Assembly: GCA_964616705.1 (NCBI GenBank)
Contig: CAZTRP010000008.1
Location: forward strand, 88,799 to 152,798
Reading direction: 5' to 3'
From: an uncultured Pseudobdellovibrionaceae bacterium
GTDB taxonomy: Bacteria > Bdellovibrionota > FAC87 > UBA2466
DNA length: 64,000 bases
Made by a program: the position numbers and the translations under genes
Part shown: positions 26,757 through 36,362 of the stretch, piece after piece
Layout: every line of letters begins with the position of its first letter
How positions within the stretch are numbered: position 1 is the first letter of the stretch
Notes under the pieces: generated by a model
Told to the model about the DNA's origin: nothing
Seen by the model: the letters and a program-made list of their open reading frames with translations, nothing else
The model's database searches: none

Positions 26757-28910
26757 GTGCTTAACTGTCGCTGCATCGTTTCGGATGTTAAAATAGGACG
26801 TAGACGCCCCGTTGTTAAAAACACTATGAGACCACAAGCGCTGCCCAGCTTTTTCAAAAACCATGACGCAGCGCTACTTTTATTGGCTGGCTTAGCGCTT
26901 TTTGCGGAAGTAGGGTGGCTCCTTCACCAGCTTAGGCTCATTCAAATTCCCTTTCTTTTGTCTCAGCAGGGGAACTCTTCACCAGCCATTGGTAAGGTGG
27001 TTGAGAAAACTTACTCCGTTCTCAATCGGGGGCCTGGAAGTTTGACTTGGTACCCGGTGGTTGAGGGAGATTCACTTCACGACAACGACACCTTAATGAC
27101 GGGAGTCTCGGCTACTGCGCGAGTTCAAATCCAAGACGATGCAGAACTGGTGATGGAGCCTTTTTCATTGCTTCGTATTGGTCGTTCGACACAAGCGGAA
27201 GAAGAAAGCCTCCAACTCGAAGCCTATCAGGGAGTGGTGAAAATTCGCAGCCAGCGAGTAGGGGTGAGAGTTCTAGCGAGCAATACGGAAATTGTGATCG
27301 CCCCAAACTCCGAAGTGGCACTTAAGTATGTGGGCAAAAAGCCGCAGTCAGCCATTGAGGTTTTAAAAGGGGGCGCTGAAGTAGGGTCGCTTGATTTGAA
27401 GGCTGGGCAACGTACAAGTTTTTCCGAACAGCGAGCGCCCTCGGCAGTGGAGCCTCGGCCCGAAGCAAACTACAAACTTCTTGGAACTCCGTCCGAGCGC
27501 AGAGTGAAGCAAGGTGCGAGTATCTTGCTCGCCTGGGCGCCGGTGAGTCAGGCTGAAGGCTACTTGGTAGAGTTGAGTCGTGATCCCAAATTCGAGAAGG
27601 TTGATGAGAAGTGGGAAGTCGACAAGCCGCATGTGGAAGTTTCCAGCCTCCTTCCGGGACGCTACTTCTGGCGTCTGCGGGCCCGAAGTGCGGATTGGGG
27701 GGAGTGGCCTGCTTCTCCCGCTTTTTCTATTGAAGTAAAGGCGCCGATTGAGGCTCCCAAACCAAAAGGAGCGAAGGAGATACACAAGGGTGGCAATCCG
27801 GCGAAACGCAAAGTCCAAGGGAATCTGTGGAGGCCAAAGAATCGTTGGAGCTTTGTTTGGTCTCTTTGGCAGTCGCAGGCTCTCGCAAAGAGCAAGGCCG
27901 AAGTGGAAATGGAGTTTAGTTGGGAGCCGCTTCCATCGGCTCGGGCCTATCGCTTGGAGGTAGGAGATACTAGAGATTTCAAAACTCCACTGGCATCTAT
28001 TAAGGTAGAACAGACTGACGCTGTACTGAGTCTTCCGCCAAGGGAAAATTACTATTGGCGTGTGGCCGGTATCGATGCAGACGGCGACTTGGGTCTGTTT
28101 ACACCGGTTCAGAAAATGCGCCGTGAGGAGCCCAAGGAAACAGTGATTTCCTCAGCGTCCAAGCCCGCTCCGGTTCCAGCTCCGGTTCAAATAGCAAAAC
28201 AGCCAAAGAGTAGAACACCCACCCTTTCAAGGTCGGTAGCATCCACAACTGACGCACCCGAGTATTCGCGGCTATGGGTTGGGTATGGTGGTTCGTACTC
28301 TGAGCAAAGTGCCAGCGGCGCACTGTCGTTAGTTCGTAGCGCGGGGTTCCCTTTGCATCGGGTTACGGTCGGCGGGGCACTTGATTTGAATTCAGCTTCT
28401 TTTGAACTCCACGCGTGGTACCAGCCGATGAACTACAAAAGCCGTGCGACTCAGCCGTCATTTCCTATGGGGCAGTTGGCGGCCAGTTTTCTGGCTTCTA
28501 GGCTCGGGCGTGTTGCGGGCCTGCCGTGGGGCGTGGGTTTTGCGCTAAGGGGTGAAAACTATTTCACTGCACTTTCTGATACGTCGGTCGCGATGCGCTC
28601 AACAAGTTTTGCAGCGCTTCTTTTGGGGACTAATTGGGAAGTGCCAGGGAAGTGGTATTGGCGCGGTGGGCTTTGGCTGGAGGTCGGTGCCGTAGGAGAG
28701 AAACGCGGCGCTGGGCTGATATTAAGAAATCGCCTCGGCCTTCCCGTTCAGTGGAAAGAGTTACGACCTTCTGTAGACGTCGTCGTACACCCCCAGTTTC
28801 GCACTGCCCAGTCGGTTGCTAGCTCGGAATGGAACTGGGAAGTGGCCGTGAGTTTTGTACTTGAGTGGTCTAGCGTTTTTGGGGTGAGCAGCGTCGCCAA
28901 CCTAAACTGA
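26757..28910 (+). CDS. Large secreted protein with a FecR-like N-terminal region and a C-terminal beta-barrel-like domain
   Basis: An N-terminal TM or signal segment is followed by a FecR-like segment (DNDTLMTGVSATARVQIQDDAELVMEPFSLLRIG). The last roughly 230 aa show alternating beta-strand amphipathic patterning. Confidence 0.4.
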   Translation: MLNCRCIVSDVKIGRRRPVVKNTMRPQALPSFFKNHDAALLLLAGLALFAEVGWLLHQLRLIQIPFLLSQQGNSSPAIGKVVEKTYSVLNRGPGSLTWYPVVEGDSLHDNDTLMTGVSATARVQIQDDAELVMEPFSLLRIGRSTQAEEESLQLEAYQGVVKIRSQRVGVRVLASNTEIVIAPNSEVALKYVGKKPQSAIEVLKGGAEVGSLDLKAGQRTSFSEQRAPSAVEPRPEANYKLLGTPSERRVKQGASILLAWAPVSQAEGYLVELSRDPKFEKVDEKWEVDKPHVEVSSLLPGRYFWRLRARSADWGEWPASPAFSIEVKAPIEAPKPKGAKEIHKGGNPAKRKVQGNLWRPKNRWSFVWSLWQSQALAKSKAEVEMEFSWEPLPSARAYRLEVGDTRDFKTPLASIKVEQTDAVLSLPPRENYYWRVAGIDADGDLGLFTPVQKMRREEPKETVISSASKPAPVPAPVQIAKQPKSRTPTLSRSVASTTDAPEYSRLWVGYGGSYSEQSASGALSLVRSAGFPLHRVTVGGALDLNSASFELHAWYQPMNYKSRATQPSFPMGQLAASFLASRLGRVAGLPWGVGFALRGENYFTALSDTSVAMRSTSFAALLLGTNWEVPGKWYWRGGLWLEVGAVGEKRGAGLILRNRLGLPVQWKELRPSVDVVVHPQFRTAQSVASSEWNWEVAVSFVLEWSSVFGVSSVANLN

Positions 28911-30453
28911 GAGCACCAAGAAGTCCTGCTAAAATCAACCATCCCCAGTAAGTAGTATTGCCCGACCGGGGGCGTTCAGTATTTGCACAACCCACCAGTG
29001 AAAACTCAAACAGATTCTTAAAAAGAATTCTCAACTGTCTGACTTCGGGAGTGGTCGAGGTAGTCGCGGATTGCATTCTTACTTTGAAACGGAAGTAGCG
29101 TTTAGAATCGAGCTTGTTAAGCTGGGATTCGGGCAAGTAGCCGGTGTCATCGGCAACAAAATTATCAGTGCTGCCTGCGATTTCGTAGGTAATGGTGTCG
29201 CCAGTGTGCTTGATTTCGTCTTTCACAATCTCGGTATAGTGAGGGTTTGAACTCCCCGAATCGTAGTTCGGAGATATGAAGGTGACCGCGGTTCTAGTGT
29301 AAACGGTACGCGGTTTTGGCAGCAATGAAGGGGGAGGGTTCTCGCTTCCAGTCCCAGTAAATTCTCCAGCCAAAAAGGCAAAACGATTTACTCCGCCACC
29401 CCCGTCGCCCCCGACTACGGAGGCCGTACCTCCGAGCCCGCCAGTGGAGTCGATAGTTCCATTATTGGTTCCGTTTCCGGCAGCGTATATCAGGACGGAA
29501 CCACCAGCTCCGCCTCCACCGCCACCAGCTTTGTGCGCACCCACTGTAACCGCTCCACCGTTGCCGCCTGTAGTGAGAATTTGGCCAGTGCCAGTGAGTA
29601 AGACGCTTCCACCCGCTTGAAGCGACAATACTCCTCCGCCACCTCCGCCACCTGGGCCTCCTGTGCCTAAGTTCGAGTTACCCGCACCACCGCCACCGCC
29701 CGCTCCACCTAAGAGGGTGACGAGTGTTTCATCGCCGTAGGCCGGGCCCGCTGCGCCAGAGGCGGGAACGTTAAACGCACCGACGCTGCCAGCATACCGA
29801 TTGCCACCGCCACCGCCCGCGCCTGCATCGGTACCCGCAACGGCGGAGAGAGTGCCGGGCTGTCCTCCTAAAGTCCCCACTGCGGGGCAGACTCCATCGG
29901 TCGAAAAAGTCTGTGAACCATTTGGCCCCGAGCCCCCCGCGCCACCACCACAACACGCGGTACCGCCGTTTTCGAGTGGTGCTGCAACAGCAAAGGAGTC
30001 GCCACCGTTTCCACCTCTTAGGTCGACGGTGCCTGCAATTTCCGCATTGCCTTGGACGCGAATTCGTAGTGGCGCAGAGCCAGTACCAAATAGCGTAGTT
30101 CCTGCAGTCAATGTGAAGGTGGTGAACTGATATATTCGGCTGGTATCAAGGGTAATTGTTCCGGGAATACCCCCCGAATTAACGTCGAAAGACACCGCAG
30201 TAGTGGCATCGAATTTTCCATCTGCACCAGTGCCAATCGAAACAGCTTCATCCTCTTGATTCACCACCGATCCGCCGGATCGATCTACGACCAAGGGTAC
30301 ATGGAGGCTTCCCGTAGAAACATTCCACACTCCAGTCGTGCCGCTTGCTGCGGTTGCTGAGTCGAAGCTTTCTTTGATTTCGCCACTGGTTGCAAAGCCT
30401 TGAATTTGAAGTACGGCAAAAAGGCAGAGGGCAAGGTGGGGTAAGCGTATCAA
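28870..30453 (-). CDS. Glycine-rich secreted surface protein with C-terminal sorting-signal-like tail
   Basis: Signal peptide MIRLPHLALCLFAVLQIQGFA, long GGxGGxG low-complexity tracts, and a C-terminus ...GCANTERPRSGNTTYWGWLILAGLLGALSLGWRRCSPQKR (hydrophobic helix plus basic tail). Confidence 0.5.
   Translation of the reverse strand: MIRLPHLALCLFAVLQIQGFATSGEIKESFDSATAASGTTGVWNVSTGSLHVPLVVDRSGGSVVNQEDEAVSIGTGADGKFDATTAVSFDVNSGGIPGTITLDTSRIYQFTTFTLTAGTTLFGTGSAPLRIRVQGNAEIAGTVDLRGGNGGDSFAVAAPLENGGTACCGGGAGGSGPNGSQTFSTDGVCPAVGTLGGQPGTLSAVAGTDAGAGGGGGNRYAGSVGAFNVPASGAAGPAYGDETLVTLLGGAGGGGGAGNSNLGTGGPGGGGGGGVLSLQAGGSVLLTGTGQILTTGGNGGAVTVGAHKAGGGGGGAGGSVLIYAAGNGTNNGTIDSTGGLGGTASVVGGDGGGGVNRFAFLAGEFTGTGSENPPPSLLPKPRTVYTRTAVTFISPNYDSGSSNPHYTEIVKDEIKHTGDTITYEIAGSTDNFVADDTGYLPESQLNKLDSKRYFRFKVRMQSATTSTTPEVRQLRILFKNLFEFSLVGCANTERPRSGNTTYWGWLILAGLLGALSLGWRRCSPQKR
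29390..29960 (-). repeat. Simple-sequence Gly-codon tracts (GGN)n inside the glycine-rich CDS
   Basis: Iterated ccgccaccgcc / ccaccgccaccgcc runs are visible on the + strand. Confidence 0.5.
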
Positions 30454-32489
30454 GCAACCGCCTCTTGGACTTTAAGCGGGATGGTTAATCTAAAACATGT
30501 TCCGCGTGCGGGATCGCTGAATACGAGTTCGACTTCACCGCCAAATGCTCTAGCGTAGCGTCGACAAATTGCAAGGCCCAATCCCGTACCCTCGGAAGGG
30601 CCCTTCGTTGTGAATCCTTGATCGAAAAGTTTGGTCTGGTTGGTGGAGCTAATCCCGGCACCGTTGTCGGTAACCTCCACGATCAGGGTTTTGCCTTCGT
30701 TTCGGCCCGTGAGATTGATCGTCCCCCCGCGCCCAGTTTCTTGAATCGCCTGATAAGAATTTCTCAATAGGTTCGTTACTATTTGAATCAATTCATCTCG
30801 ATTCAGAAATGCTAAATCATTGCTGGCATGCCATTGAGTTTGGAACTGAACACCGTGTTGGGCTAGAAAGTCAGCCATGGTCGCCGAAGCTTCAAGGACA
30901 GCCGACCTGCAAGTTACTTCCGATTGAACCGATGAGCGCACGAGCTCGCGCATTCCATCGACAATTCTATGGATTCTTTCCGCTTGATCCCTTACAAAGT
31001 CTAAGTCGCCACTCACCACTTGATTTTGGTTCTGCCAATAATGCGCAATCTTCTCTAAGTTTTCTAGATCTTCGTCTAGTAGTGTTTTTCCCGGGGCGAG
31101 CGATGAGGCTTTTGTGAGGTTTTGAGTAAGCCCGGAAATGCCACCTTGGCGGTAGTCTTGTTTCCATGCGTTGAGGATTTCGGCTAGTTGGAGAGGTAAG
31201 CTCATCTCGGCGGCCGCGCCGTTTGTTCCCACAGACAGTCTGGAACGTTCTATTCGGCTCAAAATTGCGGTCAGTGGATTGAGCAGCTCATGGGCAGTTC
31301 GTCCTGCCACTTCGCCCACAGCAGCAAGTTGGCTGGCCTGTAAGAGTTTCTCCTGTACCGATTTGATGGTGGCATTGGTCTCACTCAATTGTTGCGTACG
31401 GAGTGCAACTTTTTCTTCTAGCTCGTGATTGTATTTTTCAATAGCCTCTTTCGAGGTTCGCAGGGCGCTCATCATTTGATTGAAAGTTGCCGCTAGCACC
31501 CCGACTTCATCTCGAGAGCGAACTTCAATATGGGCATCGAGATGTCCAGCCCCAATGGCCTCCGCCCCTTGGGTGAGTCTCGACAGGTTTTCCGTGAGCG
31601 ACTTTGAGAATAGAACACTTGCAATAAACGTAACGGTTAAAACGATCAGGGCAAAGAGCCATGATCGTTGAAGCAGCACCGCCAAAGCAGAAATAACCTC
31701 CGACTGCTCGGCTTGAGTGATGAAAAGCAGGTCGGCGGCACCCACAGGGGCGTAGGCTCCGTAGCGCTTCTCTCCTTCGTACTCATAGGCGAGGACTCCA
31801 CTCCCACGTTCAGATTTTTTTTGTGCCACCAAGGGGTGAGCTCCAATTGAAGCGAGGCTATTTTCTTTTTGATCTCTTAGATGCAACCAGACCTGGCCCT
31901 TGCTGTCGGTGAGGTACGATTCAAATAGACCGACTGAGAGCAAGGGTTCGATAAAGGTTCTAGCTTCGATTTCGGCTAGGGTGACGTAAGTCTGTTTCGC
32001 TTTGCCTATTTCCAGCTCTAACTTCGTCGCCAAAAAAAACGCAGAATGAGTTCCAGCTTGGGGCGGACGCCAAAACGCCTGGCCCATTGCAATCGCCTGG
32101 GCAAGTGCTGGAGCGGCCTCCTGGATACTGAGTGGCGAAGTAGGAAAATCCGGCCCAAACTGAATTTGTTCAAAACGATTGTCGCTTTTTTTGTATAGGG
32201 CAAGGCTCAGAATGTGACCGTCTTTTAATCCCCGAGCTGGTAGGCGAAGGCCGCTGTTCCCGGAAATCAACTGGGAGATGGAATAAAGTTTGGCCCGATC
32301 GCCGAATTGCTCTAGCGCGGTACGAATTTGAGCGGCGGAGTTCACGGCGACGCTATGATTGATTTCATAGAGCAGGGTGGTTTTTTGTTCTACGAAAATA
32401 TAGGAAGCAAGAAGTGTGTAGAAACCGACTGCCAGAAGCAACAAAAGCCCGGTGACGGCGAGAATTTTATAGCGGATCGATAGTCGCAT
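30450..32489 (-). CDS. Sensor histidine kinase (TM-periplasmic-TM, HAMP, HisKA, HATPase_c)
   Basis: H-box AHELLNPL; G boxes DNGAGI and GTGLGLAI. The stop overlaps the start of the Gly-rich gene (ATGA). Confidence 0.85.
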   Translation of the reverse strand: MRLSIRYKILAVTGLLLLLAVGFYTLLASYIFVEQKTTLLYEINHSVAVNSAAQIRTALEQFGDRAKLYSISQLISGNSGLRLPARGLKDGHILSLALYKKSDNRFEQIQFGPDFPTSPLSIQEAAPALAQAIAMGQAFWRPPQAGTHSAFFLATKLELEIGKAKQTYVTLAEIEARTFIEPLLSVGLFESYLTDSKGQVWLHLRDQKENSLASIGAHPLVAQKKSERGSGVLAYEYEGEKRYGAYAPVGAADLLFITQAEQSEVISALAVLLQRSWLFALIVLTVTFIASVLFSKSLTENLSRLTQGAEAIGAGHLDAHIEVRSRDEVGVLAATFNQMMSALRTSKEAIEKYNHELEEKVALRTQQLSETNATIKSVQEKLLQASQLAAVGEVAGRTAHELLNPLTAILSRIERSRLSVGTNGAAAEMSLPLQLAEILNAWKQDYRQGGISGLTQNLTKASSLAPGKTLLDEDLENLEKIAHYWQNQNQVVSGDLDFVRDQAERIHRIVDGMRELVRSSVQSEVTCRSAVLEASATMADFLAQHGVQFQTQWHASNDLAFLNRDELIQIVTNLLRNSYQAIQETGRGGTINLTGRNEGKTLIVEVTDNGAGISSTNQTKLFDQGFTTKGPSEGTGLGLAICRRYARAFGGEVELVFSDPARGTCFRLTIPLKVQEAVA

Positions 32490-32668
32490 CGCGGCGTCAG
32501 AGACGTTTTTTGTGTTTAAGAATTAATAACTTAACCCTATCCCATTTCTTCCCAAAAGGCGAACCCGGACCGGCAGAGATTGTGCTGCGTTTTTCACAAT
32601 TTCCACTCAATTCCAGCATGGGTTTCTCGCACAATAGTCCGAATATGGTACGTCGGCGGGTGGAGACT

Positions 32669-35600
32669 ATGCGCAAATCTTCAATTCTTCTTTTTTCCTT
32701 TCTAATAAGCACTGTGTCATTGGGAGCCTCTGAGGGAATTATATCCCCGGTGTTTCCTGCCCACGTCGAACGAAGTAGAAATCAGGTGACTCTTTCCGTT
32801 GTGGAGTCCAAGTGGCTGGGAGATGAGTTTGCCGCTGTGGCGGAATTTCGATTTGCCGCGAATCGTGTTTTCGACGTGAAACAGATTGAGCTAGCCCTCA
32901 ATGGTATTCGCTCAGATATTGCGCGCGGAAAATTTGAAGACTATGCGCACTGGAACTTGCGCCAAGGAACATGGGTCCTTTCGGTAGATTTAGGTCAAAT
33001 CAAGTTTGGTGGGCGGTCGTTTGCGAGCCGGGCTAAGCATATACAAAAGAGAAAGCGGCCTGTGGTTCTTTGGTTTGCTGGCGCTAGCGGTATTTCTGGG
33101 GCCCAAGCGTATTTCGTCAGCCGACCCAAGGGAAGTGGTATTGCGGAATTATCGTGGGCATCTGAGCGGCCTTCCCATTGGGTTCTTACACGCACAATCA
33201 GCTTCTTCTTCAAGAGCAACATTCCTGGGGTTGCGGCCGAATGTAAGATGGATAAGGCGGACTACCGACCCTGTGATTCCGGAGTAACCTATAAATCGCT
33301 CGTCAATGGTTGGCATCGATTCTGGGTGCGGCCTTTGGGTTCCGACGGCAAGCCGGGCAGGGCCTTGATCCATGACTTTTATGTCTACTATGTTCCTCCT
33401 CCGGCCCATATTGTTCGCACGAATCCAGCGGAGTCTCCGACTTTAAGCGACTCCATGGAAATAACGTTCGAGCGTACCTGGACGCTTGGCTTTGGCACGG
33501 TCACGCAATGTAGGCTAGATGAGGGAAAGTTTGAAACTTGCCAATCTCCTATGCGCTATGAGGGGCTAAGAAACGGCCCCCATCGATTCGAAGTGCGACT
33601 GGCGCTCAAACTCCTTGGGTCGCTCTGGACTTCGCGATCCGATTCATACAATTGGGAAGTTTCACGCAAACCGTTGGTGGTAGAATGGGTGAGCACTCCT
33701 GCCGATCTTAGCAACGGGACTTCGAGCCAGTTTGAGTTTAAAGCCTCAAACACCTCAGCCAAGTTCTATTGCAGTCTGGATGCGGCATCGGCCGTCGAGT
33801 GTAGCTCGCCTTATATTTTGGAAAATATTAGCGAAGCAAGCCATTCGCTTGAAGTTTCAGCCCGAGATGCTTCAGGGTCGGTTTCTGCAGCGATTCAGCA
33901 CCACTGGCAGATCGATCGTACTGCGCCGGTAGTCGAATTGACGTCGATATTGCCGCCAGAGAAACTTACACGCTCCAATTCAATGGCAGTGGCTTTTAGT
34001 GTTTCGGAGCCGGCACAGCTAAAGTGCACTTTCAATGGCGAAGCTCTTGCGAGCTGCGGCTCGCCTGTAGTTTTGAATTCGATTCCGGAAGGAATCAATC
34101 GCTTGGAGTGGGTGGCTATTGACCCTGCCGGCAATGCAAGCGAAACCCTGCAGTATGAATGGGAAGTCGACTACACGGCGCCAGCAGCGCTTGTGTCGTT
34201 ACTGTCACCGGTAAATTTCCCTAGCAATCAAACCAATGCCCGGTTTGCGATTTCAGCGAATCAATCGGCCACATACGAGTGCCATTTAGATGGGGCACTT
34301 TTGAGTAGTTGCTTCGATGGCATGGAGGTAAGCAATCTTGGTGATGGCGATCATGTACTTGTGGTCGTTGCCACAGATGCGGCCGGGAATGTGAGTGAAA
34401 AGGCTCAAGCGAACTGGCAGGTGGATCTACAGCCGCCCGTTTTACAAAACTTGATTGCATTTCCACAAGACAAAATAACGATGTCCACCAGCTTGTCTCT
34501 TAGTTTTGAGTTCTCCGAGAACTCGCAAGTAAGTTGCGAAGTCGACCGCGGTGGCTCGGCGATTTGTACTTCTCCCTTTCTGGTCAACGGGCTCGCGCAA
34601 GGATCTCACATCATCGAACTAAGAGCGACTGACGCTGCCGGGAATGCATCACAACTAGCTACCTACTCCTGGGAAGTTGTTGGAGCGGCAGTGGCACAGA
34701 TCGACAATGTTACGCCTGCGGCGGCGTTGTCGAATCAACCCGAGAGACGTTTTGAATTTAGCTCCGCTAACTCGAAGCGTTTTGAATGTGCCTTGGATTC
34801 AGGCGCTTTCGTAGAGTGTCAAACGCCTGCGATTTATCGCGCTCTATCCGACGGTGCTCACTATTTTCAGGTGCGTGGAATAAATTCGGCTAACGTCCCT
34901 GGTCCCGTCGCCAGCCACAGTTGGGTTGTCGATACCCAAAGCCCAAAGCTGAGTTGGGGTACTGTGTCGCCTTCGGAATTGGTCACTGAAAGCAAGCAAC
35001 TTAGCTTGTCCTTCTCATCCAGTGAGAGCGCAGTATTCGCTTGTTCTTTAGATGCCATGGCTGCTGCCGAGTGTACTTCTCCTGTTTCGTGGCAGGGGCT
35101 GTCGGAAGGAAAACATCAGGTAGTGGTCACCGCTACGGATAATGCGGGAAATGTGAGCTCCCCTTTGGCTTACCAATGGGAAATCACTAGCTCAGCCGTC
35201 GTTACTTTGGGGGTTATCGTTCCTGCAGCGCCAGTAACCAACTCGGCTTCGCTTTCCGTCGAGTTTGCATCGTCCACCGCGCGCTCTTTTGAGTGTGCCT
35301 TGGACGGTGCTGGGTTTAGCGCATGTTCTAGCCCGCTGGTTCTCTCTGCATTGGGCGATGGTTTGCACCGGGTGCAGATCCGTGGACTAAGTGCGGCTGG
35401 TACGTCGGGCCCGGTAGTGAGTTACGAGTGGACAGTGAAGACGATTGCGCCCGTGGTACAGATTCAAACTGCCACTCCAGGCGATTCCCTAACCTCTCAA
35501 ACTACTTTGACGTTGAATTTCTCGGCTGCCGGAGCGACTTCTTTCACCTGCCAACTTGATGGTGGTGACGTCCAGGCCTGCCAATCACCCGCAACTTGGA

Positions 35601-35974
35601 CCGGACTTGCCGATGGGGATCACACAGTGGTTATCACCGCAGCTGATTCTGCTGGGAACACTAGTGCGCCCGTGAGTTATGGCTGGAGAGTCCAGGGCGC
35701 CCCTCTGGTGGTGGCTTCTGTGTCTGTGCAGCAAATTCAAAAAACCTCCGTCGTTTTTCGCTGGTCGACTAATTTCCCAGCTCAGGGGCGGGTTGAGTAT
35801 TGGACTTCCACTTTCGCTGGTACATCGAACCTTGTAGCTACCGCCACAACGGCTCAGTCTTTGACTCTCACCGGGCTACTTCCTGGGACGGTTTATCGCG
35901 CTCGGGTAGTGGCAATGGATAGTGATGGGCGAAGTGCTATTTCAGCCCCCGTTTCTTTCACCACTCTTCGTTAG
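32669..35974 (+). CDS. Giant secreted protein: about nine tandem Ig-like repeats (about 95 aa each, conserved Cys pair, D-x-AGN-x-S...W-x-VD motif) plus a C-terminal fibronectin-III-like domain
   Basis: The signal peptide MRKSSILLFSFLISTVSLGAS begins at the ATG at 32669; the track ORF starts upstream at 32510. The repeated unit is F.C.LDG....C.SP...L.DG.H...V.A.D.AGN.S....W.VD..P. Confidence 0.6.
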   Translation: MRKSSILLFSFLISTVSLGASEGIISPVFPAHVERSRNQVTLSVVESKWLGDEFAAVAEFRFAANRVFDVKQIELALNGIRSDIARGKFEDYAHWNLRQGTWVLSVDLGQIKFGGRSFASRAKHIQKRKRPVVLWFAGASGISGAQAYFVSRPKGSGIAELSWASERPSHWVLTRTISFFFKSNIPGVAAECKMDKADYRPCDSGVTYKSLVNGWHRFWVRPLGSDGKPGRALIHDFYVYYVPPPAHIVRTNPAESPTLSDSMEITFERTWTLGFGTVTQCRLDEGKFETCQSPMRYEGLRNGPHRFEVRLALKLLGSLWTSRSDSYNWEVSRKPLVVEWVSTPADLSNGTSSQFEFKASNTSAKFYCSLDAASAVECSSPYILENISEASHSLEVSARDASGSVSAAIQHHWQIDRTAPVVELTSILPPEKLTRSNSMAVAFSVSEPAQLKCTFNGEALASCGSPVVLNSIPEGINRLEWVAIDPAGNASETLQYEWEVDYTAPAALVSLLSPVNFPSNQTNARFAISANQSATYECHLDGALLSSCFDGMEVSNLGDGDHVLVVVATDAAGNVSEKAQANWQVDLQPPVLQNLIAFPQDKITMSTSLSLSFEFSENSQVSCEVDRGGSAICTSPFLVNGLAQGSHIIELRATDAAGNASQLATYSWEVVGAAVAQIDNVTPAAALSNQPERRFEFSSANSKRFECALDSGAFVECQTPAIYRALSDGAHYFQVRGINSANVPGPVASHSWVVDTQSPKLSWGTVSPSELVTESKQLSLSFSSSESAVFACSLDAMAAAECTSPVSWQGLSEGKHQVVVTATDNAGNVSSPLAYQWEITSSAVVTLGVIVPAAPVTNSASLSVEFASSTARSFECALDGAGFSACSSPLVLSALGDGLHRVQIRGLSAAGTSGPVVSYEWTVKTIAPVVQIQTATPGDSLTSQTTLTLNFSAAGATSFTCQLDGGDVQACQSPATWTGLADGDHTVVITAADSAGNTSAPVSYGWRVQGAPLVVASVSVQQIQKTSVVFRWSTNFPAQGRVEYWTSTFAGTSNLVATATTAQSLTLTGLLPGTVYRARVVAMDSDGRSAISAPVSFTTLR

Positions 35975-36081
35975 TGTCCGGTTTTCGGTCTCATGCGAAT
36001 GAAGGTCGAACCCCATCCGGGTTGCCTCGTGCGCAAGATGGGTTGGCATTGGTTGCATTGGTGTTTAAGCGAGGAAACACA

Positions 36082-36300
36082 ATGAACCAATACTGGAAGT
36101 TAGATCGAACCAAAATCACGCAACTGCTTCACGAGCAGGACCTCAAACGTTGGTGGGTAGCCGAATGCACTGGGGTGCACAAAACCACACTACGCCGGTG
36201 GCTATCTGGCCGCATTACTCGCGTTCAAGAACCCCGACTCCGTTCTCTTGCAACCATCCTGAATGTTGAATACCCTGATATTGCGCAGCGTTGCAGTTGA
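36082..36300 (+). CDS. Small helix-turn-helix protein (72 aa)
   Basis: An RBS GAGGAAACACAATG precedes the start. ECTGVHKTTLRRWLSG is HTH-like. Confidence 0.35.
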   Translation: MNQYWKLDRTKITQLLHEQDLKRWWVAECTGVHKTTLRRWLSGRITRVQEPRLRSLATILNVEYPDIAQRCS

Positions 36301-36362
36301 AGCGTCGCACCATATAAATCGCTGCTGACTTAAGGCCCGTCCTTGGTTACGCTCAGCACGGG

